This document shows, piece after piece, positions 55,510-64,000 of a DNA stretch of 64,000 nt. The position numbers were made by a program, and so were the translations under genes. Numbering within the stretch: position 1 is the first letter of the stretch; every line of letters begins with the position of its first letter. Source of the DNA: an uncultured Eubacteriales bacterium (GTDB taxonomy: Bacteria > Bacillota > Clostridia > Oscillospirales > Acutalibacteraceae); contig CAQZPH010000001.1 in assembly GCA_948933715.1 (NCBI GenBank), positions 10,204-74,203 of the forward strand, given 5' to 3'. The notes beneath the pieces were generated by a model. It saw only the letters and a list, made by a program, of their open reading frames with translations. It was not told where the DNA came from and did not search any database.

Positions 55510-56660
55510 CTAATAAAAAGCCCCTTAAAGAAATCGTATAGTTTAACCCAAACATTTCTTTTTTGCTTTACCATATCCTCATCTTTTGAAACCAATAAGT
55601 CATTGGATGCTATTACTTTTCCATTAAGTTTATACTTTACTTTTCCAACTACTTGGCCTTCTTTTAACGGTGCATATAAAAACGATGGTACTTCTACCAC
55701 TCTTTCGACTTTATCTTTATCAGACTTTTGCAAAGTAGCTTTAACTTTATCCTGCGCAAATACTGAAATTTCATTAACCTTACCGCCCACCAGGGGTACA
55801 GTTATCGAATCTTTCTCTCTAAAAACAACTGTAGCTACTTTTGAAAATCCATAATCGAGCAGCTTTTCATGGTCGTTCCAGTCGTCTCCAGCGTTTAAAG
55901 TGACAGCAACCAATCGAGTATGATTTCTTTCAGCTGCAGATACAAGGCATCTTCCTGCTAATTTTGTAAACCCTGTTTTTACACCTATGCACCCCTCATA
56001 ACGTTTTAACATTCTATTTTCATTATAAAAGGTTTTTATCTCATCTGGTTCTATAAATGGTACTTCTACTCTCTTTTTAGAAGATATATCATAAAATGCT
56101 TTATTCTCAAGCGCATAAGCTCCAAGCAAAGCCATATCATAAGCAGTGGAATGGTGGTTACCTTTATCAAGGCCAGATGGAGTTTCAAAATATGTATCTT
56201 TAAGACCTATTTGCGCTGCTTTCTTGTTCATCATATCCACAAATCCATCAACAGAACCTCCAAGGGTAATTGCAACTGAGTTAGCAGCATCATTCCCGGA
56301 TACTGTGAGCATTCCCTTAGCAAGACTTGAAAGCGGTAAAACCTGCCCTACTTGCAAATACATAGAAGACCCTTCTACGGGTACCATCTTATCTGTTATG
56401 CTAACCTTAGCGTCATCTCCTTGAGCTGCTTCTAAGGCTAAAAGAGCTGTCATAATCTTTGTAGTACTTGCCATAGGCCTTGGTTCTTTTTCATTTTTGC
56501 CGTAAATAATTTCTCCCGTATCTGCACAAATTACAACAGCAGACTGTGCAGAAAGCGATGGTATATCTTCAGTTTGAGCATTGGCACCAATAGCCACAGA
56601 TGAAATAAGCATACAATCTAAAATTATAATAGACAATAACTTCTTACACAAATTAGCCAC
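55494..56660 (-). CDS. dacB: D-alanyl-D-alanine carboxypeptidase (S11, DacB/DacF-like)
   Basis: It has a signal peptide and the motifs SxxK (ASTTK), SGN and KTGFT. A C-terminal PBP5_C-like domain is present. The start is uncertain (GTG at 56660 or TTG at 56651). Confidence 0.88.
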   Translation of the reverse strand: MANLCKKLLSIIILDCMLISSVAIGANAQTEDIPSLSAQSAVVICADTGEIIYGKNEKEPRPMASTTKIMTALLALEAAQGDDAKVSITDKMVPVEGSSMYLQVGQVLPLSSLAKGMLTVSGNDAANSVAITLGGSVDGFVDMMNKKAAQIGLKDTYFETPSGLDKGNHHSTAYDMALLGAYALENKAFYDISSKKRVEVPFIEPDEIKTFYNENRMLKRYEGCIGVKTGFTKLAGRCLVSAAERNHTRLVAVTLNAGDDWNDHEKLLDYGFSKVATVVFREKDSITVPLVGGKVNEISVFAQDKVKATLQKSDKDKVERVVEVPSFLYAPLKEGQVVGKVKYKLNGKVIASNDLLVSKDEDMVKQKRNVWVKLYDFFKGLFISCGGF

Positions 56661-56737
56661 TTCCTTACAATATTAAAAATTCTATAGTAAGTCCCTTTGC
56701 TAATTATATGCAATGAAGTTAAAACCAGAACAAAAAT

Positions 56738-57157
56738 TTACTTTGTTTTTAACTCCGTTGCTTTGATTACAGTAGTATTCTTATCTTCTTTTTTTAAAAT
56801 AGAGCTTATCTTATCAACAACTTCAGGAACCATGTCTATAACCTTACTAGTTGCTGAAAGTGTTGGTTCGGCATGTAATATTTTCATATTTCCGTCTTTG
56901 CTAACAGACAAAAAAGCAATAGGAGAAATAGTAACACCGGCACCACTTCCGCCTCCAAACAGACCATCTTTACTATCCTTCTTACCAGAAAATTCAGACC
57001 CGCCACTTGCAAATCCATAAGACACCTTAGAAACAGGAATAATACTACAACCATTATCGAGTGTGATTGTTTCCCCGATGATAGTATTTACATCCACCAA
57101 TTCTCTGATTTTCTCCATAGTTGTATCTACCATATTATTTATTGAACATTCGCTCAT
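56738..57157 (-). CDS. ytfJ: sporulation protein YtfJ (GerW family)
   Basis: 139 aa. It has the GGGSGAGVTISPIAFL motif typical of YtfJ. It overlaps the upstream ytfI-like gene by 4 nt. Confidence 0.82.
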   Translation of the reverse strand: MSECSINNMVDTTMEKIRELVDVNTIIGETITLDNGCSIIPVSKVSYGFASGGSEFSGKKDSKDGLFGGGSGAGVTISPIAFLSVSKDGNMKILHAEPTLSATSKVIDMVPEVVDKISSILKKEDKNTTVIKATELKTK

Positions 57158-57801
57158 TTTGACACACCCCTTCTTAATTTTACATTGATTTGGCTTAAAT
57201 ACAAGTTTTTTATAAAATTAAACAGCATACATAGTGCTATTTTTACAATTGATAACGGAATAAAATGAATTTTTGTAGCGCAGTTGACTTTTGATTCTTC
57301 AAAGTTAAACCCTGGTACTATGTTTATATGAGAGTTATTTAAATCTGAATTTTTTAGCAGAACAGACGATGCAAAACTAATAAAAGAATATACTTTTCCA
57401 TATTTTATAGCAGTATCAGCAGCGTCCTCCCCTACAACTACAATAGAAAGATCAATAAAATCTATATATATCTTTTTAAAAAGTTCTTTAGCGGACCCTA
57501 AAACAATTTTTATAATTTCTTTTAAAATCTTTAAAAATCCACCAAAACCTTTTTCTTTTATTATACCAGAAATTTTATTCTCTTTAACTTTTAATTTTTC
57601 ATCTTTTTCTTTATCATTCTTCTTTATTGTTTTATTGTTTACGTTTTTCTTTTCCTTTTTAGGAAACAAAGTAAAAGAAAAAAATAAAAATTTTATTTTT
57701 ATTTCGAGATATTCAGAAAAATTAAAATAAATATACATAGGGCAAAGAAGCAGAAGAAATAGTAATAAAATTATTCCCAATAAAACATATAAAACTATCA
57801 T
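57154..57801 (-). CDS. ytfI: DUF2953 (YtfI-like) sporulation-associated membrane protein
   Basis: 215 aa. An N-terminal TM segment is followed by a Lys-rich linker. It is paired with ytfJ, as in Bacillus. Confidence 0.6.
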   Translation of the reverse strand: MIVLYVLLGIILLLFLLLLCPMYIYFNFSEYLEIKIKFLFFSFTLFPKKEKKNVNNKTIKKNDKEKDEKLKVKENKISGIIKEKGFGGFLKILKEIIKIVLGSAKELFKKIYIDFIDLSIVVVGEDAADTAIKYGKVYSFISFASSVLLKNSDLNNSHINIVPGFNFEESKVNCATKIHFIPLSIVKIALCMLFNFIKNLYLSQINVKLRRGVSK

Positions 57802-57820
57802 TTTACCTCCGTAATAAATA

Positions 57821-58375
57821 TTATTTTTCTTCTAAAACCTCTTTTAATTCTGGCTCACTCTTAACCTCAGGCAATTCATCAACAGACGCAATGCCAAAGC
57901 ACTTTAAAAAGTTAAGGGTTGTCCCATATAAAAGCGGTCTACCTGGTAATTCTAGCCTACCTTTTTCTTCTATTAAATCTCTTGCAATAAGGTTATAAAC
58001 TATGCTCGCGCAATCAACACCTCTTATTTGTTCAACAAACGATTTTGTAACAGGTTGATTATAAGCTATAATTGCAAGAACTTCCATAGCTGCTTGCGAT
58101 AACGGTGTATGACGCCTTAAATCTACAGCACGTCTTACATAATTAGAATACCGTGGTTTAGTACACATTTGATATGCATCATTTAATTTTATAATACAAA
58201 TACCACTTTCATCCTTATCAAAATCATCAATTAGGTTTCCCATTAACTTTACAACCGTGGTTTTATCAATATCTAGTGCAACTGATAATCTTTCTGCAGA
58301 TATTGGATCGCCACTTGCAAACAATATCGCTTGTATAGCCGCTTTAGCTTTCTTTACTTCCAAAATTAACACCAC
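57821..58375 (-). CDS. scpB: segregation and condensation protein B
   Basis: 184 aa. It has the IQAILFASGDPIS start region and two winged-helix repeats (GRPLLYGTT). It follows scpA. Confidence 0.9.
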   Translation of the reverse strand: MVLILEVKKAKAAIQAILFASGDPISAERLSVALDIDKTTVVKLMGNLIDDFDKDESGICIIKLNDAYQMCTKPRYSNYVRRAVDLRRHTPLSQAAMEVLAIIAYNQPVTKSFVEQIRGVDCASIVYNLIARDLIEEKGRLELPGRPLLYGTTLNFLKCFGIASVDELPEVKSEPELKEVLEEK

Positions 58376-59066
58376 CGTTTAAAAGCTTAATTTTATTATT
58401 GTGTTCATCTAAACTTATTCTTTTTCCTTTAACTAGTTCCAAAACAGCTAAAAAGGTAGCAACCAAATCCGATTTAGATTTACTTTCATAAAAAAGCGAA
58501 ACATAACTAGCTTCACCTGTTTTCCACAGCCTTCTTAGTACAAAAATAACCTTTGAAAAAACTGAAACTATCTTTTTTGAAACTATTTCTGAAAAAGATT
58601 CTCTTGACGGAGGTAACTTCTGATTTTTCTTACCCACAGCGTCCACATATGATTTTAGTATTTCAAATATATTATGTTTTATCTTATACGCCATATCAAG
58701 GTCAACTTTTTCAGCATCTCTAGAGATAAAATCAAGATCCATTTGTTCAGCCATCATTTTTGCTACTTCTTGACATTGCTTATATTCAAGCAATTGACCT
58801 GTTAATTCTTGCTTTAAGGCCTCTGCTTCTTCATGCTTAGGTAATAGTAATACTGTTTTTATATAAACAAGCCTTGCTGCCATCTCTAAAAACTCACTGG
58901 AGACATCCATATTATGTTCTTTCATTTTTTCAATATGCTCAAGATACTGAGTTAATAGCTCGGATATTTGTATATCATATATATTGAGTTTATTTTTTTT
59001 AATCAAATGTAATAACAAATCAAGAGGACCTTCAAAAGTATCTAGTTTATAAGATAATTGCTCCAT
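58344..59066 (-). CDS. scpA: segregation and condensation protein A
   Basis: 240 aa. It has the FEGPLDLLLHLIKKNKLNIYDI signature. Confidence 0.9.
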   Translation of the reverse strand: MEQLSYKLDTFEGPLDLLLHLIKKNKLNIYDIQISELLTQYLEHIEKMKEHNMDVSSEFLEMAARLVYIKTVLLLPKHEEAEALKQELTGQLLEYKQCQEVAKMMAEQMDLDFISRDAEKVDLDMAYKIKHNIFEILKSYVDAVGKKNQKLPPSRESFSEIVSKKIVSVFSKVIFVLRRLWKTGEASYVSLFYESKSKSDLVATFLAVLELVKGKRISLDEHNNKIKLLNGGVNFGSKES

Positions 59067-59086
59067 AAAATTCCTCCCAAAAGCTT

Positions 59087-59761
59087 TTAAAAAGAATTAA
59101 AAGGCAACGATGCTGTCCACATTATTCCCTCTGAAATAATTCTCTGAACAAAAATTAAAGGAAAAGATAAAACACCTGTAAATAGTAATATAAAAACTGC
59201 AATCATAATATATCTTTGATTCTGATAGTATTTATATAATATTTTATCCGGCAAACACACAGCTAAAATCTTGGATCCGTCAAGTGGTGGTAATGGAATT
59301 AAATTAAAAACAGCAAGGCCAATATTCATACTTATAAAAGAATAAATAAATGTCAAAAGATACATAAATACTTTTTGAGAAACAAGCCCTCCTCCAAAAT
59401 ATACAAGTGCCTCAAAAGAAAACGCAGCAATAAGGGCTGCCAATAAATTAGACATCGGCCCCGCTAAAGCAGTAATTGCCATTCCTAACTTAGGGTTTTT
59501 AAAGTTTCTCGGGTCTATTGGCACTGGTTTTGCCCAACCAAATCTAAATAAAATCATAGCAGCAGCACCTAATGGATCTATATGTTTTAAAGGATTTAAA
59601 GATAATCTTCCGCTATATTTTGCAGTGTTATCGCCCAATTTATAAGCTACAAATCCATGCGCCCACTCATGTATTGGCATAATTAGAAAGATCGTTAAAA
59701 GTATAGAAAAGATTATTGTAATAGCTACTTCTAAAGTCATTCCTGGTTGTAAAAACCACAT
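59087..59761 (-). CDS. site-2 protease family (M50) membrane metalloprotease
   Basis: It has the HEWAHG zinc motif and NLIPLPPLDGSKI. The start is taken as the ATG at 59761 after AAGGAGGG; the track ORF has an 18-codon upstream extension. Confidence 0.82.
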   Translation of the reverse strand: MWFLQPGMTLEVAITIIFSILLTIFLIMPIHEWAHGFVAYKLGDNTAKYSGRLSLNPLKHIDPLGAAAMILFRFGWAKPVPIDPRNFKNPKLGMAITALAGPMSNLLAALIAAFSFEALVYFGGGLVSQKVFMYLLTFIYSFISMNIGLAVFNLIPLPPLDGSKILAVCLPDKILYKYYQNQRYIMIAVFILLFTGVLSFPLIFVQRIISEGIMWTASLPFNSF

Positions 59762-59864
59762 CCTTGCAGTCCCTCCTTTATAAATAATTATATAATTTAA
59801 ATTACAAAAACACAAGCTTTATAAAAATGTATATATTAAAATTTAGACAACACTTTAAAAAAAC

Positions 59865-59893
59865 TTGCTTTTTCTTTAAAAATCTGTTAGTAT
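59865..59893 (+). promoter_or_regulatory. putative sigma-A promoter of rpmB
   Basis: TTGCTT (59865-70), a 17-nt spacer, then TAGTAT (59888-93). Confidence 0.4.
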
Positions 59894-59932
59894 ATTAATA
59901 TTATACATTGGCACTTAAGGAGGTGCAAACAC

Positions 59933-60121
59933 ATGGCAAAATGTGATATTTGTGGAAAAAATATTGCCTTCGGGATAAAAGTCTCTCATTCTCATAGGCG
60001 TTCTAACAGAACTTTTAAACCAAATGTTAAACGTGTTAAAGCTTTAATAAACGGAACTCCCATGCGTGTTCATGCTTGTACTCGTTGCCTACGTTCAGGT
60101 AAGGTAAGCAGAGCTGTTTAA
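59933..60121 (+). CDS. rpmB: 50S ribosomal protein L28
   Basis: 62 aa. The sequence is MAKCDICGK....G..VSHS.RRSNRTFKPNV. The RBS is AAGGAGG. Confidence 0.93.
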   Translation: MAKCDICGKNIAFGIKVSHSHRRSNRTFKPNVKRVKALINGTPMRVHACTRCLRSGKVSRAV

Positions 60122-60191
60122 TTATTTTATTAATGCAGATAATATTTAAAGAGAAAAACTTTAATAGTATTTCTCTTCCACATAATAAAAG

Positions 60192-60224
60192 CTCAAAAGA
60201 TTCTGTGATTCTTTTGAGTTTTTT
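60192..60224 (+). terminator. intrinsic terminator of rpmB
   Basis: CTCAAAAGA pairs with TCTTTTGAG around a 9-nt loop, followed by TTTTTT. Confidence 0.75.
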
Positions 60225-60354
60225 ATATTTTTAATTCCTCCTCGCGCTAAAGCCTTAAAGAAACATAATATATTCATCTTTTACAATAAAAAAGTCTCAC
60301 AGCCTAACAGCGGCAATATATTGCTTTATAGTGAAACCTAAAATAGTTATTATA

Positions 60355-60383
60355 TTGACTTGTTTACTAAAACACTGTATAAT
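60355..60383 (+). promoter_or_regulatory. near-consensus sigma-A promoter of the leader-peptide gene
   Basis: TTGACT (60355-60), a 17-nt spacer, then TATAAT (60378-83). Confidence 0.6.
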
Positions 60384-60422
60384 TTAACCAGGATTTTTAA
60401 TATTTTTAAGGAGTGCGTCATT

Positions 60423-60653
60423 ATGACTATTGAAGAATTTATATCTCTAGCAAAAAACTGCTCAACTAAAGCTGAGCTCTCCTCATTAGCAAAATCCAAT
60501 GGAATAACTTTAAAAGGTGATGACCTTAATAATTTATTTCAAAAAATAGTAGATGGTGAAGAATTAAGTGATGAATCTTTAGAATCGGCTGCAGGAGGCA
60601 CAACATACGGAATTTCCTCTCAGCAATTAAAGGATTTTATTTATAAAAAGTAA
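60423..60653 (+). CDS. Nif11-like / double-glycine leader peptide precursor (putative RiPP, bacteriocin or signalling peptide)
   Basis: The ATG at 60423 lies 7 nt after AAGGAG. The 76-aa product reads MTIEEFISLAKNCSTKAELSSLAKSNGITLKGDDLNNLFQKIVDGEELSDESLESAAGG-TTYGISSQQLKDFIYKK. The leader resembles Nif11-type leaders that end ELSDEELE..AGG. The track ORF carries a spurious 21-codon TTG extension that runs through the promoter. Confidence 0.6.
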   Translation: MTIEEFISLAKNCSTKAELSSLAKSNGITLKGDDLNNLFQKIVDGEELSDESLESAAGGTTYGISSQQLKDFIYKK

Positions 60654-60702
60654 AACGTTTTTTAGAGTGTGGTATGTAAACTTAAAATTATAAATAGCAA
60701 AT

Positions 60703-60738
60703 AAAAAATAAGTGAAGCTATAGCTTCACTTATTTTTT
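60703..60738. terminator. bidirectional intrinsic terminator between the leader-peptide gene (+) and plsY (-)
   Basis: A perfect palindrome, AAAAAATAAGTGAAGCTA|TAGCTTCACTTATTTTTT, is centred at 60720/60721. Confidence 0.8.
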
Positions 60739-60748
60739 ATGATCATAA

Positions 60749-61462
60749 CTATTTTGCAATGGTTATCTTTTTTTCTTCGCCATTTAATAGTCTTACAATA
60801 TTCTTTTTATGTTTATAAATAACGAAACCGCCTGTAAGCACAGAAATTGTTGTAGAAATAACCAAATACCCAAAGGTAACATTTCTTGCATATCCTAAAT
60901 AATCAAAAAAGTATGTAATTAAAAAAGTAAAAATCGGATATGATATTGCAGCTAAAACTGATCCTAAAGATACTAAGCGAGTTATTAGCACAACAATTAA
61001 AAATAGAGATAAACACAAAGCCGCTACTCGCCAGTCTGTCATAATCAGTAAAGATAATGCTGTTAACACAGCTTTGCCACCTCTAAGACCAAAAAAACAT
61101 GGGTAAACATGGCCAACAAGGCATGCTATACCTGCAATATATATTCCGTATTGAACGATACAAAATTCTGGTACCCCAGGAATTATAATAAAAGAAAAAA
61201 TCCATTTCCCAATCAAACAAGCTACTATTCCTTTAAAGAAATCACCTAACATAGTAAGAATTGCAGGCAATTTTCCAACAGAACGCAAAACATTTGTAAA
61301 CCCAGCATTTCCGCTGCCCATTTCTCTTATATCAGAATTATTTTTAAAAAAACGGGTAATTAAAATTGAAAAACTTATACTTCCAATTAAATATCCTATA
61401 GTTGCAGTAATAACTAATTGCATCCAATAATGTTTTATAAAGTTAATAGTTTGAATATCCAA
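60749..61462 (-). CDS. plsY: glycerol-3-phosphate acyltransferase PlsY
   Basis: 237 aa and multi-TM. It has the GSGNAGFTNVLR motif and GYLIGSISF near the N-terminus. It uses a TTG start after GGGAGTG and follows der. Confidence 0.88.
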   Translation of the reverse strand: MDIQTINFIKHYWMQLVITATIGYLIGSISFSILITRFFKNNSDIREMGSGNAGFTNVLRSVGKLPAILTMLGDFFKGIVACLIGKWIFSFIIIPGVPEFCIVQYGIYIAGIACLVGHVYPCFFGLRGGKAVLTALSLLIMTDWRVAALCLSLFLIVVLITRLVSLGSVLAAISYPIFTFLITYFFDYLGYARNVTFGYLVISTTISVLTGGFVIYKHKKNIVRLLNGEEKKITIAK

Positions 61463-61483
61463 AAAATCACTCCCAGAATAAGA

Positions 61484-62809
61484 CTATTTTTCATTTTTTT
61501 CTCTTATTATAAACCTTATTGGCGTTCCTTGCAAGGAAAAAACATCTCTGATTCTATTTTCAATATATCTCTGGTAAGAAAAATGAAAAAGTTGAGCTGA
61601 ATTTACAAAAAAAACAAAAGTAGGTGGTTTCACAGAAACTTGAGTCATATAAAATATTTTTAATCTTCTTCCTTTATCTGTAGGAGGTTGAACCCTTACT
61701 ACAGCATCTGCTAATACATCATTTAAGACACCTGTTGAAATTCTCATAGCATTTGAATTTGAAACCACAGATATAGTTTCAAAAAGAGTGTCAATCCTCT
61801 GGCCAGTTTTAGCTGAAATAAATATAATAGGAACGTAAGACATAAATGAAAAATCACTTTCTAATTTTTTCTTATAATTAAGCATCGTCTTATCATTTTT
61901 TGTCATTGCGTCCCACTTGTTTACAACAATAACGCATCCTTTGCCAGCATCCATAGCAAGCCCTGCAACTTTTGAATCTTGTTCTGTAAATCCTTCTATT
62001 GCATCTATCATTATAACACATACATCACTGCGTTCAATCGCCATCTTTGCTCTTATAACACTATATTTTTCTACATCATCATATACTTTATTTTTTCTTC
62101 TAAGACCAGCTGTGTCAATAAAATTAAAATGGCCGTATTTATTTTCGATAAACGTATCTATAGAATCTCTAGTAGTTCCTGCAATGTCAGAAACTATACA
62201 TCTATTTTCACCAGTTATTTTGTTAATAAGCGAAGACTTCCCAACGTTTGGTTTACCAATAACAGCTACATTTATAGTAGTACCCTCATTTTCTTCACCT
62301 TTTATCGGCTCTGGTAGGTTTTTAAGCACCTCATCGAGCAAATCACCCGTTCCGTGGCCATGCACGGATGATACCATTACCGGGTCCCCTAGCCCTAAAT
62401 TATAAAACTCATAAAAATTAGAATTAACCTCACCTATATTATCGCACTTATTTACGCAAACAATAACAGGTCTACCACTTTTTTGAAGCATAGATGCTAC
62501 TTCTTTGTCAGTTGCCACAAGCCCAGTTTTTACATCTGCCACTAAAATAATAACATCTGCAGAGTCTATAGCAAGCTGCGCTTGATTTCTCATCTGAGAT
62601 AAAATAATATCATCAGAATAAGGTTCTATTCCTCCTGTGTCCACCAATAAAAAAGTTCTATTTCGCCATTCACATTCCCCATAAATTCTATCTCTAGTAA
62701 CTCCGGGGCTATCATCAACTATAGAAATACGTTGGCCAACTAGTTTATTAAACAAAGTAGATTTCCCAACATTCGGTCTTCCAACAATAGCAACAATTGG
62801 TGCAGCCAT
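61484..62809 (-). CDS. der: ribosome biogenesis GTPase Der (EngA)
   Basis: It has two tandem GTPase domains (GRPNVGKST and GKPNVGKSS) plus a KH-like C-terminus. The start is the ATG at 62809 after GGAGGG; the track ORF has 8 extra codons. Confidence 0.92.
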   Translation of the reverse strand: MAAPIVAIVGRPNVGKSTLFNKLVGQRISIVDDSPGVTRDRIYGECEWRNRTFLLVDTGGIEPYSDDIILSQMRNQAQLAIDSADVIILVADVKTGLVATDKEVASMLQKSGRPVIVCVNKCDNIGEVNSNFYEFYNLGLGDPVMVSSVHGHGTGDLLDEVLKNLPEPIKGEENEGTTINVAVIGKPNVGKSSLINKITGENRCIVSDIAGTTRDSIDTFIENKYGHFNFIDTAGLRRKNKVYDDVEKYSVIRAKMAIERSDVCVIMIDAIEGFTEQDSKVAGLAMDAGKGCVIVVNKWDAMTKNDKTMLNYKKKLESDFSFMSYVPIIFISAKTGQRIDTLFETISVVSNSNAMRISTGVLNDVLADAVVRVQPPTDKGRRLKIFYMTQVSVKPPTFVFFVNSAQLFHFSYQRYIENRIRDVFSLQGTPIRFIIREKNEK

Positions 62810-62910
62810 ATTATCCCTCCATTCATACTGCATTTTAATGGCACTACTTATATATTAATCTTTAATAAAAAGTCTTTTTAACTTTCTAGGTATAAATTTT
62901 TACTACTTAA

Positions 62911-62945
62911 AACAAAAATAGAGAAGGGCAATAACCCCCTCTCTA
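62911..62945 (-). terminator. intrinsic terminator of rpmF
   Basis: On the minus-strand RNA, UAGAGAGGGG pairs with CCCUUCUCUA (one G-U wobble), followed by UUUUUGUUUU. Confidence 0.7.
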
Positions 62946-62968
62946 TATCTTTAAAAGAAAAAGAGATA

Positions 62969-63151
62969 CTAAGCCTCTTTCTTTATAATTTCTCTGCCTT
63001 TATAATATCCGCAAGCCTTGCAAACTCTATGTGGTAACTTAAATTCACCGCATTGTGGACACTTCATAAGTGCAGGAGCCTCAAGTTTCCAGACATTCGA
63101 GCGTCTTTTGTCGCGTCTTGCTTTAGAAACTTTTCTCTTAGGGACTGCCAT
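62969..63151 (-). CDS. rpmF: 50S ribosomal protein L32
   Basis: 60 aa. It starts MAVPKRKVSKARRDKRR and has the zinc ribbon CPQCGE...HRVCKACGYY. Confidence 0.93.
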   Translation of the reverse strand: MAVPKRKVSKARRDKRRSNVWKLEAPALMKCPQCGEFKLPHRVCKACGYYKGREIIKKEA

Positions 63152-63291
63152 CTTTATGACCTCCTTAATAAGTCAATAATATTAATACAACAATAAGTTA
63201 CATTATCGTTGTTATCGCCGGTAGAGCGAATGCTAGCAAATCTACGTTAATCAAATAGTAAAAACGGTGAATATAAATTATGCTTCCGCCC

Positions 63292-63319
63292 TTGACGTTA
63301 CATTAGTTAATTATATAAT
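63292..63319 (+). promoter_or_regulatory. putative sigma-A promoter for the downstream glycosyltransferase gene
   Basis: TTGACG (63292-97), a 16-nt spacer, then TATAAT (63314-19), about 160 nt upstream of the ATG. Confidence 0.45.
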
Positions 63320-63479
63320 TTTTAAAACCCTTTGTCAATAATAAAAAGAAAAATCCTATCTCTTAAAAATATATTTAGGATCATCTCTCTTTATATTTTA
63401 AGCGGTAAAATATATTTGATTTATATATTTAAAAAATATATAATAAAATTATCAAATTATATAATAGGAGGTTGCTCTA

Positions 63480-64000
63480 ATGAAATTTAAAAAATTCATT
63501 TTAAAAAAGAGATTTTTTATAACTTTATTTTCACTATTGATTCTTACAACTTCTGCTTACTTTGTATATAAATCAATTAATAAATCTAATCCCGTAGTTA
63601 GTAGTTCTATCAACACTGTTCATAAGCTAAACACTGAAGGCTATGAAGATAACTTATCGTTTGTTGCTATTGCAAAAAATGAAGGGCCCTATATTAAAGA
63701 ATGGATTGAATTTCATAAATTAGTGGGTGTTACAAAGTTTTATATTTATGATAACGAAAGCACTGATAACTTAAAAGAAATTTTACAAGATTATATTGAT
63801 AGTGGAGAAGTTGTATATAAATATTATCCAGGACAAGGAAAACAATTAGTTGCATACCAAGAAGCAATTAATGATTATAAAAATAAAACTAAATATATGG
63901 GATTTATAGATTTAGATGAATTCGTGATTCCTGTTGAAAATGAGAGCTTAACTGATGCTATAGAAGACATCATGAAAAAAGATAACAAAATTGCAGGCGT
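63480..64000 (+). CDS. glycosyltransferase family 2/92-like protein (Glyco_tranf_2_4 type), 5' fragment running off the window end
   Basis: My own translation starts at the ATG at 63480, after an AGGAGG RBS. It gives MKFKKFILKKRFFITLFSLLILTTSAYFVYK...LSFVAIAKNEGPYIKEWIEFHKLVGVTKFYIYDNESTDNLKEIL...GFIDLDEFV. The product has an N-terminal TM anchor and YDN.S.D and DxDEF motifs. It is absent from the track because no stop codon falls inside the window. Confidence 0.7.
   Translation, partial: MKFKKFILKKRFFITLFSLLILTTSAYFVYKSINKSNPVVSSSINTVHKLNTEGYEDNLSFVAIAKNEGPYIKEWIEFHKLVGVTKFYIYDNESTDNLKEILQDYIDSGEVVYKYYPGQGKQLVAYQEAINDYKNKTKYMGFIDLDEFVIPVENESLTDAIEDIMKKDNKIAG

Noticed and set aside
63152-63290. 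Possible structured leader or ncRNA upstream of rpmF, such as the hairpin ACAACGATAA/TTATTGTTGT on the minus strand. The usual DUF177 (ylbN) partner gene is also absent.
   Set aside because: It is a single 10-bp hairpin with a wobble in an AT-rich region, and I do not recognise any known L32 leader motif. The absence of DUF177 is only a synteny difference. The evidence is too weak for a finding.

Overview
The window is a visibly AT-rich segment of a Firmicutes chromosome, most likely from an endospore-forming member of the Clostridia, since bofA, yaaL, ytfI/ytfJ and remA are all present. I could not identify the organism more precisely. It is almost entirely core housekeeping DNA, with about 62 protein genes, dense packing and many 1-30 nt gene overlaps.

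**Main gene blocks**
- A long minus-strand block follows the classic Firmicutes order yicC-remA-gmk-rpoZ-priA-def-fmt-(YugP peptidase)-rsmB-rlmN-prpC-prkC-rsgA.
- It is followed by nrdR-bofA-yaaL, rnr, secG, addBA and metK.
- Further genes include comM, murA, rlmH, bioY, hemW, lepA, lgt and two M16 peptidases.
- There is an FHA-RodA/PBP pair, an ABC-2 transporter and a three-gene biotin carboxyltransferase cluster.
- The remaining block is rluB, dacB, ytfJ/ytfI, scpAB, an M50 protease, rpmB, plsY, der and rpmF.
- Truncated genes lie at both edges: the PFOR N-terminus at the left and a glycosyltransferase at the right.

**RNA features**
- A class-A RNase P RNA (rnpB) has its own promoter and terminator.
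- A SAM-I riboswitch lies upstream of metK.
- I saw no rRNA, tRNA, CRISPR array, IS element or prophage.

**Items worth follow-up**
- An orphan 76-aa Nif11-like, double-glycine leader peptide gene sits between rpmB and plsY. No processing genes are nearby.
- Two near-perfect four-way-junction structured elements lie in unusually long spacers inside conserved operons (def-fmt and lepA-hemW). A weaker third multibranch element lies between secG and rnr.
- The carboxyltransferase subunit of the 12S/1.3S/5S-like cluster has degenerate di-glycine motifs.
- RodA carries an N-terminal FHA domain and is paired with a small class-B PBP.
- There are three uncharacterised accessory-looking proteins.

Nothing here convincingly amounts to a complete novel multi-gene system. 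All family assignments come from motif recognition by eye and are not database hits.
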